Shown one piece after another: positions 35,691 to 48,235 of a stretch of 64,000 nucleotides of DNA. The stretch is taken from NCBI RefSeq assembly GCF_028641065.1, contig NC_073389.1:21824001-21888000 (forward strand). The letters are read 5' to 3'. This DNA comes from Leucoraja erinacea. Taxonomy: Eukaryota. The notes below the pieces were generated by a model. That model saw only the letters and a program-made list of their open reading frames with translations. It did no database searches and was not told the DNA's origin. Numbering within the stretch: the stretch's first letter is position 1; each line of letters opens with the position of its first letter. The position numbers and the translations under genes are program-made.

Positions 35691-36499
35691 AAGTTGGATT
35701 GGATTGTGTGTGTGTGTTCCATTCTGACAGTCAGCATTCCAGTTGCCGGTAAAATCGTCGAAGTGGGACAGGCCCATGAAGCTAGATTCCTGCCTGTTCC
35801 TTCTGTCTTGCTGGCTGTGGCTTCTAGTTCTAGAATATGCCCTGTAAATATTTTTGGCACATTCTTCAGTGTCTCTTTATATAATATAATGAGCCGGACA
35901 GTGAATTGACAGCGAATCCACATAATTATAACGTCTTCACTTCTTATGTCTGTTGCTGTAGAAATGATCCCCCGCGCTCTGTTCACAGGCTCATTGGCAT
36001 ATTAAGCTGCATTGCTAATTTTATTCATTTCTCAATCTGTAATTCTAGATCTGTTTGTTTTTATTAATTAAAAAGTCAAGATTCAAGATTGTTTTATTGC
36101 CATATGTCTTAAAACAGAACAATGAAATTCTTACTGGATAGATACAAAATGCTTGTGTAGCACTGTTGATCAGGCAGCATCTCTGGAGAAAATGAATAGG
36201 TGATGTTTTGGGTCAGAAGCCTTTAAACTGAAACATGGAGGTGGGGGAGGGGGAACCTGTGGCGAGAGGCTGGAACAAATGACGGCCTTTCCTCGTTGTC
36301 GTTGAGAGAGAGAAAGAGGTTGTAATAGACTTTAATTCCAGGACTCACTTGCTTTACTCAATCCATTATTCATGCTGTAATTAGCTGATGGTGGCAGTGG
36401 AATGTTGTGTGGTTTCCGAACTCTGTCATAAACGATCAACCTCCTTCTCTGCTGCTTTAAATTTGTTGAAGGGATTTTCCCCTCCACGATACGTGAGAT

Positions 36500-37340
36500 C
36501 GCAAAGTTCAAGTTCAAGTTCAAGTTCACATTAATTGTCACGTGCACCAATTACGGTACAGTGATATTTGAGTTACCATACAGCCATACAAATAAAAAGA
36601 ACACAATACAGGATAGAGATTAACGTAAACATCCATCACAGTGGAATCAACATTCCTCACTGTGATGGAAGGCGATAAAGTTCAGTCAATCTTCCTCCTT
36701 TCATCACCTTTGGTCGGGGTCTTGAACCCTCCGTAGTCGCTGCCAGGGACAGCCCGATGTACAAGCCCTCTCATCGGGATGATCGAAACTCCGACGTCGA
36801 GACGGAAATGAAGACACTGCGTGGTTTGGAGTTTCCGAATCCGACGCTTCTTACCGGAGACCGCGGCTTCACAATGTTAAAGACCACGGGCCAGTGGTCG
36901 GAGCTTCTTCTGGTGATCCCCGGCAAGGGATCCCAGGCTCCACGATGGTAAGCTGGTGCCCTCGGCTAGAATCTCCGAAGACCGCTGCAGTCAGCAGACC
37001 CCCGCGGTCGGAGCTCCAACACTAGCGACGCTTGGCAAAGGATCCCAGGCTCCGCGATGGTAATTCCACACCGAGCCTGACGCTGTAACTCTGGGCTGGT
37101 CTCCGGTCTGGAAAGGCCGCACCAAACTAGTTGTTAGGCCGCGAGGGGGACGAAGATACGACATGGAGAGAAGTCGCATCTCCGTCGAAGTAAGTGACTG
37201 TGAACGCTTTCGCCCTATTCTCCTCCCACCCCCCACATTAGAAATACAGAGAAACATTAAATCATACAGTTAGACGCATTAAAAATAACAAAAAAAGTTG
37301 AAGGCACAGGCGGGCTGCTGGCGAGACTGCTGCTCGCCGT
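36500..37340 (-). mobile_element. Unclassified non-autonomous retroelement with Rex1-type tail and internal 30-bp direct repeats
   Basis: (gaactt)n tail after cactgtacc...gtgacaat; repeats ggcaa(g/a)ggatcccaggctcc(a/g)cgatggtaa at about 36921 and 37034. Confidence 0.5.
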
Positions 37341-37848
37341 GACGTTAAGGGAAGGTTTTCCACTCTTCCTCCCTTTTTCAACATTCCAGCATAGAATTAT
37401 ACAGCACAGAAACAGCTCTTTGGCCCAACTTGCCCATATCGACTAAACTACCCCATCCATACTAGTCCCACCTGCCCACATTTTGCCCATATCCCTCCAA
37501 ACCTTTCCTGTCCATGTACATGTCCAAATGCCTTTTAAATGTTGTTGTACTACCTACCTCAACTATCTCCTATGGCAGCTCATTCTATACACCCACTTCC
37601 CTCTGTGTGAGCAGTTTACTATTTCTGGATAATATTCTTTACTTTGTTGCTTAATTGCACATGGTGTGTAGAAAAACACCACACTGAGGTCAGGATCGAA
37701 CCCGGGTCTCTGCTGCTGTAAGGCTACAACTCCACTACTGAACCAAGTGTTCCTCATTGTCCATTTTCTGCCTTCATACTGCTATTCATGACCAATCATT
37801 AAGCTTCTAAGTCTTCCCTTCACCTACTCTTCCAGTGCATATATTCAA

Positions 37849-40800
37849 TTTTACTTCGGAGTCTCGTGAGTGACTACGTGAAGAACCCGCTTCCAACGCA
37901 TGCGTGTCATATCGTTACACGCATTGCAACGAGTCACACAGGGGGAACGGCGGGAGAATTTGAAAGTCGGGAACAGCAGGTAAGAGACTCTGCGTTCCTT
38001 CCACTTACCTTTTTAGGTGGAGACATGGAGGCTGCGGAAAGCTGGCGGGGGAGAACCGCGGAGTGCGGGCAGCCGGCAACAGCAGCAACGGCACCGATTT
38101 CCAGGAGAAGAAACACCTGTGCCCGACTTCGCTCCCGCACCGGCAAAATTCACTTCTCGGCCGGGCAGGAAGCGAAGCAAAGACGTCCCGTATGCCAGGC
38201 TCAAGCGAGTCTGGCTTGGAGCAGTCGCTAGCGGCCAGCGCCGAGGCTGCAGGACAGAGAGCAACGAGGGACCAGTGCTGTAAGTACCGGGGGTACACAG
38301 GAGAAGCTCAGCGGGTGCAGCGGCACCAATGGAGCAAAGGAAGTGGGGACGTTTCGGGCCGAAACCCTTCTTCAGACGGTAAGTACCGGGGTTGGTCCAA
38401 GGGGTCCCTACGAGCAGCCGGGAGCGGCCAGGGCTGAGGGAACAGCCGGTTTTACCGACTGCGGAACTGCCGCGAGGGACCAGTCCCGTGAACACCGGGG
38501 TCGGTCCGAGCGGCTCGAATCTGACACGCAGGGAACGACGTTCACCAGCGGGAGAATTTGAAAGTCGGGAACAGCAGGTAAGAGACTCTGCGTTCCTTCC
38601 ACTTACCTTTTAGGTGGAGACATGGACCGGGTCCATGAAGGCTGCGGAAAGCTGGCGGGGGAGAACCGCGGAGTGCGGGCAGCCGGCAGCAGCAGCAACG
38701 GCACACCGATTTCCGGAGAGGAAAACACCTGTGCCCGACTTCGCTCCCGCACCGGGGAAAAATTCACTTCTCGGCCGGGCGGGCAGCAAAGCAAAGAATC
38801 AAGTAGAAAGTATGCCAATATCGCTTTGGAAGCAAGTCTGGTTTGAAGCAGCGCTAGCGGCCAGCGCCGAGGCTCACAGAAATGAGGACATTGGAGTGGG
38901 GTTGACCGGCTGCAAACGACCGCGAGGGACCAGTACCGTGAGTACCGGGGTCGGTCCCAGCGGTTTAAGTTACAGAGAGCGGGAGCGCCCAGAACTGAGG
39001 GCATTGGAGTGGGGTTGACCGGCTGCAACGACCGCGAGGGACCAGTACCGTGAGTACCGGGGTCGGTCCCAGCGGTCTGAGATAAACGAGCAGCCAGGAG
39101 CGCTGAGAGCGTTGGAGCCGGTTTTGACCGGCTACACAGCAAAATCCCGACGAATCGGGTACAACCCCACGGACCCCATTGAATTGAGTGGCGGTGCAGG
39201 CTCGAGGGGCTGAATGGCCTGCTCCTGCACCTAATTTCTATGTTTTTTCTATGTTACTATGACCCTTATTATAGGTATGTGGGAAAATGGTGTAGACCTA
39301 AAAATAGGGTTTTTTCATAAAAATCTGTTTGTTAATCCTTTGGTTAAAGTATTAGATGGGTCCAGGGCGCTGGAAGTACGGAGACGGCGTGGACCCGCTA
39401 GCCCACGCTGGAGGAAGCCGGTACGAGTGGCTGCAGCATGACAGCAGCCAGCACAGGTGCCTGTGAGTACCGGGACCGTGTGGAGAGGTGGACCTACATA
39501 CAAGACCGGTGCGGTCAGCGGTGGGGCGAGGAAAACCCGCAAACCAGTGCCCGTGTGTACGGGGGACGGAAACAGCGGGGGGAAAAAGGAGCTCCTTCAC
39601 AGTAGCAGTCACATGGATGTGGAGACTAGCCACAGTGGGCAGGAGGTAAGCCCCACATGGGTACCCCGTGCGGGACCCCTAGAGATCTCTAACTCTATAA
39701 AAAAGAGTAGGCAGGACCCTGATGGGCCAGAGCCTGGTAATACAGCGTCCCATGATCCTAAAACAGCAGGGACTCTGCTGGACATGGTGGCTGATTACTT
39801 TAAACCAAGTCAAACAGGGGCAGACTTGGATCCCAGGATGGCAATAGTATTAACTATATGTCTGGCCACAAACTCCAACAAGAAATATTTACAGAGACTG
39901 GCCAAACATCTGCCACCTGGCAACTGTGAGGCATTACAGGTGCCCAGTGTAAACCAATGCATTTGGCAGCATATGGGGAGGAACATCAGGAACCAGGACC
40001 TCAAGATCCAGAAAACCTTAAAGGGACTGACGGCAGGGATCACAGCATACACCCGCACCCTGGACAAAACAGAGCTAACCAAAGACCATCAAGACGCACT
40101 AACTCTGTTTTGCAATGTGCAATATGAGCTGAACTACATGCGGAAGGCTGCCATTCAGCCAGCACTGGACCCCTAATATGCTACCATTTGCAAACAAAGA
40201 ACCATGTTTGGACAAGACTTGACCGCACAAGTCAAAAAACTGGATGACGAAGCCAAGACACTGGGGCTCATCAAGGCCAGCGCAAAGGCCTATTTTGGAG
40301 CACGATACCAGCCACATGCAAAACCATAAAAATGTAGCTCATACCAGTGGCAGTGCCAGAAATCAATATTACCCGCAGCAGCCTTTTTTAGGGTATGGCC
40401 AGGGACGGCCACCCTGTAAGATGCGGAAGCCTCAACCTCCCACACAACCCTGAACAAGAGATATCAAACCAGAACCCCCCTTTTCAAAAAACCAAGGAAA
40501 TAACACAACCACCAGTAACCATGGCGGTAGGTGGGTGTGGTTCTTCTGTAAAAAAGGGGGAGGTTGCAACACTACAGTTATGAATGGTGTAAAATCACTA
40601 CAGACTCATATATTCTAAGCAGTATTCAGGGTTATCTGATAGAATTTACTTATCCCAATAACCCCCCAGTACAACATACACCAGAAAGGCATTTTGTCCT
40701 TACAAAAACCGAACAATCTAAAGCCCACATGGTGCTACAAAGATTGTACACAAAAGGTGTGATTGAGCATACTATTCATGAAAAATTAGAAGTTGTATCA

Positions 40801-42863
40801 AACATATTTATTAAAAATAAAAAAGATGGGGGTTGCAGGATTATCATTGACCTTTCAACCCTAAACACATTTGTTCAATATGTTCATTTTAAGATGGATA
40901 CTCTTATTACTGCTAAAGAATTAGTGTCAGCTGGGTTTCTATATGGCAAGCATTGACTCAAAAGATGCATACTATACAGTACCCATCAGAGGGGATCACA
41001 GACGGTATTTGAAATTTAACTGGATGGGGGGACGCTGGCAATATAGAGCTTTACCAAAGGGGCAAACATCAGACCCAAGATTATTTACTAAAATTCTAAA
41101 ACCAGCTTGGCATTGTTACGTAAACAAAGCCATAGGGTGATGTATTTCCCCCGTTCTGCCTCATCAATCGGGTACTAAGGAAAATTCAACAAGACTCGGC
41201 ATCTGAGATTCTCATAGTACCCGACTGGCCTACTCAACCGTGGTATTCGGTCATACAGGGGATGGTGTTAGAACCATGTTCCCTTATGGACATAGCCCGA
41301 ATTTATTAATTCATCCAGTGACTGGGGGCAGTCATCCATGCCATAAGACTAGGGATTTGTTGATTTGTAGAGTCTGAAAGACCCACTACACGGCATGGGG
41401 CTGTCAGACAGGACGATGAATCTCATCTCATCTGCACAAAGACTGTCAACACGGAAGCAGTACCTTGGACACATCAAGAAATGGGGCATATACTGCTTGG
41501 ACAACAACCTCGACCAAAAGGCCAAGAACATTCCGGCCGTATTGGAATTTTAACAAGCCTCCATTATGATAATCGATTGAGCTACAGTGCCATCAATAGT
41601 GCCAGAAGTGCACTCTCCAATTACCTATCACAAGGAACGGAGCGGCACACGGTGGGAACACACCCCCTGGTAACAAAACTCATGAGGGGCATATTCAATG
41701 CAAATCCCCCTAAAACCAGGTACTCCAAAATCTGGGAGGTGGGTGTCGTTCTAAACATGCTGAGGAGCTGGTCGCCCATAACAGCATTGTCACTTCAGAA
41801 ACTGACCATGAAGATGGTTATGCTCATGGCGTTAGTTACCGCACAACGAGTCCAGTCATTAAGCAAACTGAGCCTGGACTCCCTGATCATCTCACCCGAG
41901 AAACTGGTGTTTGTCATACAGGATTTAATAAAACAAAACAGACCAGGTTCATCGGGTCAAGTGTTTGAATTTATGGTATATCCATATGACGAACGACTGT
42001 GTATAGCAAGACACATCCAACTATACATAGAATATACTAAGAGCATTCGAGGTCAGGAAATGGCGTTGTTAATCTCTTACAAGAAACCGCACAAAAGGGT
42101 CACGACCCAAACTATATCAAGGTGGCTCAAATATGTCCTAAAGATGGCAGGAATAGACACTAATGTTTTTAACTCTCATTCCACCAGGGCTGCAGCAACA
42201 TCCGCAGCAAAAATTCTAGAGGTACCCACAGACCAAATCCTCAGAATGGCGGGATGGTCATCCGAAAGGACTTTCCAAAGGTTTTTTATAATAAACCAGT
42301 TTTTGGAGCCATCATCGTGTTCGGAATTCATTTTACGTTCAACAATATAATTTGCCCGAAAGGTTACAGGGCTATGATTTTCAATTAAAAAATTTATATT
42401 TTTTCGTTATACCACACAACTCTTTGTATAAGTGTGTTTTTAAAATTACTAATGATGCTCTCTGCCAATACCCAAGGCAGTTGTGAAGCATGGACTCGTT
42501 CCACGGCATGAGGTCACAGAGCTTTGAAATCTTCACGTAGTCACTCACGTGACTCCGAAGTAAAATAGTAAGATTAAACGAGAACTTACCAGTTTGAAGT
42601 TTGATCTGTATTTTATGAGGAGGAACGTTGAGGGAATACGTGCCCTCCGCTCCCACCCTCCTATGATCATATCAAAAACTGGTATCTCTTTGATAATCTT
42701 ACTATGTTAGGTCATTATAGGTTTCTGTGACCTCACACCGCTGCTTTGAAGAATGACACGCATGCGTTGGAAGCGGGTTCTTCACGTATTCCCTCAACGT
42801 TCCTCCTCATAAAATACAGATCAAACTTCAAACTGGTAAGTTCTCGTTTAATCTTACTATTTT
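37849..42863 (+). mobile_element. DIRS1-type element B (defective: internal duplications, RT/RNase H deletion, frameshifts)
   Basis: 5' ttttacttcggagtc...; ITRs 37875-37910 and about 42753-42788; ICR 42530-42642; 3' ...cttactatttt. gag, RT, MT and YR remnants. Confidence 0.93.
39457..42350 (+). pseudogene. Disrupted gag, pol and YR of DIRS element B
   Basis: PPGNCEAL, KKDGGCRIIIDL, IDSKDAY. Sequence jumps at about 41141 from just before YxDD to the MT FPPFCLI motif. YR HSTR is present but frameshifted near its start and at the catalytic Tyr. Confidence 0.85.
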
Positions 42864-43419
42864 GTATCACTCTCTGCATGAAGTTTTGTTTCTTGCCATT
42901 TATTCTGCTGCACTTTTACTATTTTGACTGACTATTTGGTATTTTGCCTCTAAATATCACTTGAAGACATTGTCCGAAATTGTTGCTCAGTCTACTAGGT
43001 TCCCACGGCTAATTTTGTTGCTCCAGGTTCTAGCTTCTGCAGTCTCTTGCGGTCTGCATATGCCTTGTTTATCTTTCAAATTCTTTGACATGTCTTTTTT
43101 AAGATCTCCATTTCTACATATTTAGTTTAAACTGAAAAACCCCAAACTATCTGGTTATTTTTTTGTAGATTTGTGCTTGTGACTTGTGGTCAGCAAGAAT
43201 AGAACCATTTACATGCAACAACTTAAACTGGACATTTATATGTAAAATATCACATTACATTTTGGCCGGCTCTTTCTTTACCCTTTTAGCTATTTAATTT
43301 ATTATTAACTTAATGTTTAATCTGAAATTAGTTCTGTCGTTTACCTAATTTCTTACCTCATTTAGACATTTTCATTTTTTCCCCCTCTATCTCATCTATT
43401 GTTACATAGAACAGTACCA

Positions 43420-43556
43420 AAGATAGACGCAAAATACTGGAGTAACTCAGTGGGACAGGCAGCATCTCTGGAGAGAAGGAATGGGTGATGTTACTCATTC
43501 CTTCTCTCCAGAGATGCTGCCTGGCCCGCTGAGTTACTCCGCCATTTTGTACCTGT
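43420..43556. mobile_element. Penelope-type inverted repeat pair
   Basis: ggagtaactcag...ggcagcatctctggagagaaggaatg and cattccttctctccagagatgctgcc...ctgagttactcc. Confidence 0.7.
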
Positions 43557-44271
43557 CTGGTTTAAACTTCCTAAACATAGAACAACACCACACAGGAACA
43601 GCCTCCCCACAATGTCCGTGCTGACTATGATGCCAAGATAAACTAACCCCCCCCACCCCGCCACCGAAATGTGACACATATCCCTCCATTCCCTGCATAC
43701 ACATGTGCCTATCTAAACGTCTCTTAAATGCCTTTACTTTGCATGCGGTTACGCTTTTGTTTTGTTCAAGGCCTGAGGACATTTGACTACATTAAAAGCT
43801 GAAGCTAAGCATAGATTGTTATTGTAATCGGTCGCTGCTGACTGTGATTACTTGGGCATGTGTGTAAGATGCAAGATGTTGGTTGATGTCTAGTAAGATC
43901 TCGCTATAGACACAAAGTGCTCCATGGACCCAACTCAGAGGGTCAGGCAACATCTCTGGAGAACATGGATATGTGGCGTTTCAGATAAGGACCCATCGCC
44001 AGACTCTTGAGATCTCTTGACCTCTTATTTGCATTTGTTTGTCATTTATTGGTTTTGTTCTGTTCACACATACTTCATCCATCTTATTAATTAATTTCAA
44101 ATTACTTACTCTGACTCCATTGTCCTGCCTAGTTATACGTTCATTTCAATTTTAATGTTTCCAATCACAAGATTATGGCCTTTTGACAAAGTACTCAGTC
44201 CTCCCTCAATCTCAATGTAACTACTCTGAAAAGTATTTGTTACTTGGTCTCTAATTTCACTAAATCTTTGA

Positions 44272-45000
44272 GACAATAAGACCATAAGACAATAAGACAT
44301 AGGAGCAGAATTAAGCCATTCGGCCCATTGAGTCTGCTCTACCATTCAATCATGGCTGATCTATCTTTCCCTCTCAACCCCATTCTCCAACCTTCTCCCC
44401 ATAATCTTTGACACCCGTACTAATCAAGAACCTACAGGCGGCAAGGTGGTGCAATGGTATATTTTGTGCCTTACAGTGCCAGAGACCCGGGTTTGATCCT
44501 GACTGCGGGTGCTGTCTGTACGGAGTATAAATGGCTTCCTGTGACCGCCGGGGTTTTCTCCAGGTACTCTGGTTTCCTCCCACACTCCAAACACATACAG
44601 GTTTGTAGGTTAATTGGCTTCAGTAAGTTGTAAAATAAATTGTCCCTGGTGTGTGCAGGTTAGTGTAGGGGTGATCACTGGTCGGTGTGGACTCGGTGGG
44701 CCGAAGGGCCTGTTTCTGTACTGTATCTCTAAAGTCTAAAGTCTACCCTATCAATCTCCGTTTTAAATAAACCCAATAACTTGCTTTCTACAGCCGTCTG
44801 TGGCAATTAATTCCACAGATTCACCACCCTCTGACTATAGAAATTCCTCCTCATCTCCATTCTAAATGTACATCCTTTTATTTTGAGGATGTGCCCTCTG
44901 GTTCTAGACTCTCCCACTACTGGAAACATCCTTTCCACACCCATTCTATCCAGGTTTTTCATTATCCAGTAGGTTTCAATAAGATCCCCTCTCACTCTTC
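44272..45000 (-). mobile_element. CR1 3' fragment with nested HE1-like SINE (44436-44742, +)
   Basis: MRGDLIET...RTRGH...SQRVVNLWN; the SINE splits the CR1 3' UTR. Confidence 0.8.
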
Positions 45001-46451
45001 TATTCTCAAAATAATCCTCACAATATTTCTTAGTTTAATCCTCCGGAGCTGCAGCGTTCATGGCAAACAGAACTCCCTCAGTAGCCGAGTATTGCCTCTG
45101 GTGCTCAACTTTATTTCCCCTCAACCATTGAGAGATATGAGGCCAAACTGGGTGGATAAGGTAGGCATAGACACATTACTGAATGGCAGAAAAAGCTTGA
45201 GATGCTGGTCTTAAATCTCTTCTTCACCAAGTATTTATTTCTTCTGAGTTGATCAGAAAAGGACCACTATTAAATCATCAATTCTGATGGTGTTCTGTTG
45301 TAAAACAGCTAGATAAAAAGGGAAATGAAATAAAAGGGTAGTAAAAGAGGAGATCCTAACTATGGGCGCTGTCTGTATGGAGTTTATATGTTCTCCCCAT
45401 GACCTGCGTGTTTTTTCTCCAGGTGCTCCGTTTTCCTCCAATGCTTCAAAGGCACACAGGTTGGTAGGCTAATTGGGTTGGTTAAATTGTCCCTAGTGTG
45501 TGTAGAATAGTGTTAGTGTGCAGGGATCATAGGTCAGCGTGGACTCAGCGGGCCAAAGGTCCTGTTTCCACTCGTATCTCTAAACTAAACTAAACTAAAA
45601 TAAAGATAATAATGGAGTTATTACTATAGATGATGAACTAAAGGGAATGAAAGATATAAAAATCACCGATGAAAAGCATAACTGAATTTAATGCTGTTTG
45701 CCACAGAAATGACCGGATATAAGTATCTATTCTTTGGACTTTACTTTAGACTTTAGAAATACAGCATGAAAACAGGCCCTTCAGCCCACCGGGTCCACAC
45801 TGACCAGCGATCACCTGCACACTAGAATCTTACACACTAAGGATCATTTACTGAAGCCGATTAGCTTATAAACCTGCACGTCTTTGGAATGTGGGAGGAA
45901 ACCCGAGCACACGGAGAAAATCCACGCGGCCACTTGGAGAACGCTGTCAGGCAGCAACTCTACTGCTGCGCCGCCCTTGATGGGATGCAGGTGTCACTGG
46001 TGAAGTTGGTGTCTAATTTTCCATTGAACTCAATATCTTTCTAAACCATTTAGAAGTGCTGATCGTATTATGGGCCAAGAGTCACACATATTCCGGGCCA
46101 GTTAAATCTGGCAGATTACCATCCTTCAGAATATCAGTAGACAACTTATTTAAATAACATTTACATTTAAACTTTCCTGACAAGATTTTAATTCTCGAAA
46201 TAGTAGTAAATTCTGTAATCACATTTCCCAAATATGTGCATGACGACCTCAATCTTTGGCAACAATCTCGTATAAACGTGATTTTTTTCTCCCTGCTGAA
46301 CAATTAATAGTTAAATTGTTTAATCTACCATTACATTACCACATTATCTTTGCTCTAAATGAGGCCATAAAGTAAATGCCTTCGCATAAACTACTTACAG
46401 TTGTAAAATAATTAAAAAGTTGCCAGTTAACTAATTTTGCACTGCATTCGT

Positions 46452-46652
46452 AGAGACAAAGAGCTGCAGATGTTGGTTAATACACAAAAGCCCACAAAGT
46501 GCTGGACTAACTCAGCAGGTCAGGCAGCATCTCTGCAGAACATGAACAGGTGACGTTTCAGGTCTGAAGAAGGGTCCTGACCAGAAACTTCACCTGCCAA
46601 TATTCTCCAGCAATGCTGCCTAACCTGCTGAATTGCTCCAGTACTTTGTGTC
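46452..46652. mobile_element. Penelope-type inverted repeat pair with hammerhead-like core
   Basis: caggt-ctgaagaagggtcctgaccagaaacttc-acctg at about 46559-46596. Confidence 0.65.
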
Positions 46653-46727
46653 ATTTGTACTGCATTTGTTACATTCACAATATTGCCGTTATATAAATCA
46701 TCTCTTTTAATGTAGGATTGTACTTAC

Positions 46728-46791
46728 CAGGCACATATAGGATGCAAATGGCAGAAGCTTTCATTATCTTCATCAATGTCAACCAAAACAT
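46728..46791 (-). CDS. TIGIT-like gene signal-peptide exon (MFWLTLMKIMKASAICILYVP-G)
   Basis: aaaATG, donor CTG|gtaagt in phase 1 matching the IgV exon. Upstream acceptor tttattttctacag at 46821-46822 suggests a further 5' exon. Confidence 0.65.
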
Positions 46792-47630
46792 TTTGTTCAA
46801 AATTAATTTTGTGTCTGCTTCTGTAGAAAATAAAACAAATGACCGATTGGTGAAACAGGAAATTCCTGCAAGTATACCTTGAGGTCAGACCAAATCATCT
46901 GCCCGGAAACTATGTACAAAATGAAATATTGCGCAAAGGTTTATTATGGTAAAGTTGTAAATCTATAACCATCTTTGAGAGACGAGCATTTGAAGTTGTT
47001 CATTCAGGCACAAAGTGACCAATGAAGACCATTTTCCAAAAGTTCACCAGATAGAAGGTGGATACTTATAGGTGACCAGCCTGTAAAGTTCCAAAAACAC
47101 TCAAAAATTATTTGTTTTAAATGCATATACTGGAAGTGTGAAATAAAAATAGAAAATGCTGGAAATACCCTAAGTCAGGCAGCAGCAATGGAATGAGAAA
47201 TTGAGCTCAGAATAAAATTGTAAATTGTCCCTTGTGTGTGGAGAATAGTGTTAATGTGTGGGGATCACTGGTCAGCACAGACTTGGTGGGCTGAAGGGCC
47301 TGTTTCTGCGCTGTACTGTATCTCTAAACTAAACTAAACTAATCTAAACTAAACCTTCAAAAAGAAAATGAGGAGGAATTTCTTCAGTCAGAGAGTGGTG
47401 AATCTGTGGGATGGTGTCAAAGGTTATGGGGAGAAGGTAGGAAAAGGGGTTGAGAGGGAAAGATAGATCAGTCATGATTGAATGGCGGAGTAGACTTTAT
47501 GGGCCAAATGGCTCAATTCTGCTCCTATCGCTTACGAACATAATAGTTTAGGACAATGCCTTTTCACCGGAATTAAGCTGTTGGGAAATGTATGTTTTAA
47601 GTTGGAGGGGGGAGAGGTGTCGAAGAGTAA

Positions 47631-47880
47631 ATGGGCTGTCCCACTTGGGTGACCTAATTGGCGAGTTTAGAAGAGTTGAGGAGAGTTTGAAAAAATGTCA
47701 TGTTGAAGACCTCCTTCGACTATGCAGAAGACCTCCTTTGACCTCATTCGACTGTGTTGAAGACCAGCTTCGACTAGCTACGACTCGCTACGACTAACTT
47801 CGGGAAAATTGGACAGCGAATAGTAGAGAGTGAAGCCGATCTCCTTCGATCCTCTTCGACCTCGTTTGTTGACCACATCA
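47631..47880. mobile_element. PIF/Harbinger-type MITE, left half only
   Basis: gggctgtcccactt TIR followed by cttcgac/tacgac short repeats, as in 60670-61228. Confidence 0.55.
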
Positions 47881-48235
47881 GATGGTGTTTCAACCTGTTC
47901 AGCAGAAATACCAAAGGAAGAACTCCTGCCCCGAAAAAATATTTAGAATGCGCCAGCACTTTGGTAAAATCCCAACATAATGCCATCCCTCTGCCATCTG
48001 TTGTGAGATCTCTGATTTGGATGAATTATGAAGATTGAGTATTTTGGAGCCAGATTTTCCAGGATCGTATTCAGCTGCTAGAATGATGCAGTGTGATCTG
48101 CACAGCCGTACGTTTACACTTCCATTCCCACAACAATATCCAAATTCTGATCCATATTTCATATCGAGGGTGCTCCTAATAGACAATTTGGGAGCTTGGT
48201 AAATCAGAATGTAATATGTAGACTCCAACCACCAA

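Larger units (their letters stand above)
34609..35776. mobile_element. PIF/Harbinger-type non-autonomous element containing nested insertions
   Basis: TIRs tgggcctgtcccact and agtgggacaggccca; flanks TAA/TGA. Confidence 0.72.

Noticed and set aside
37866-39633. Numerous overlapping GC-rich ORFs
   Set aside because: Stop-poor, duplicated DIRS leader sequence with no recognisable domains.
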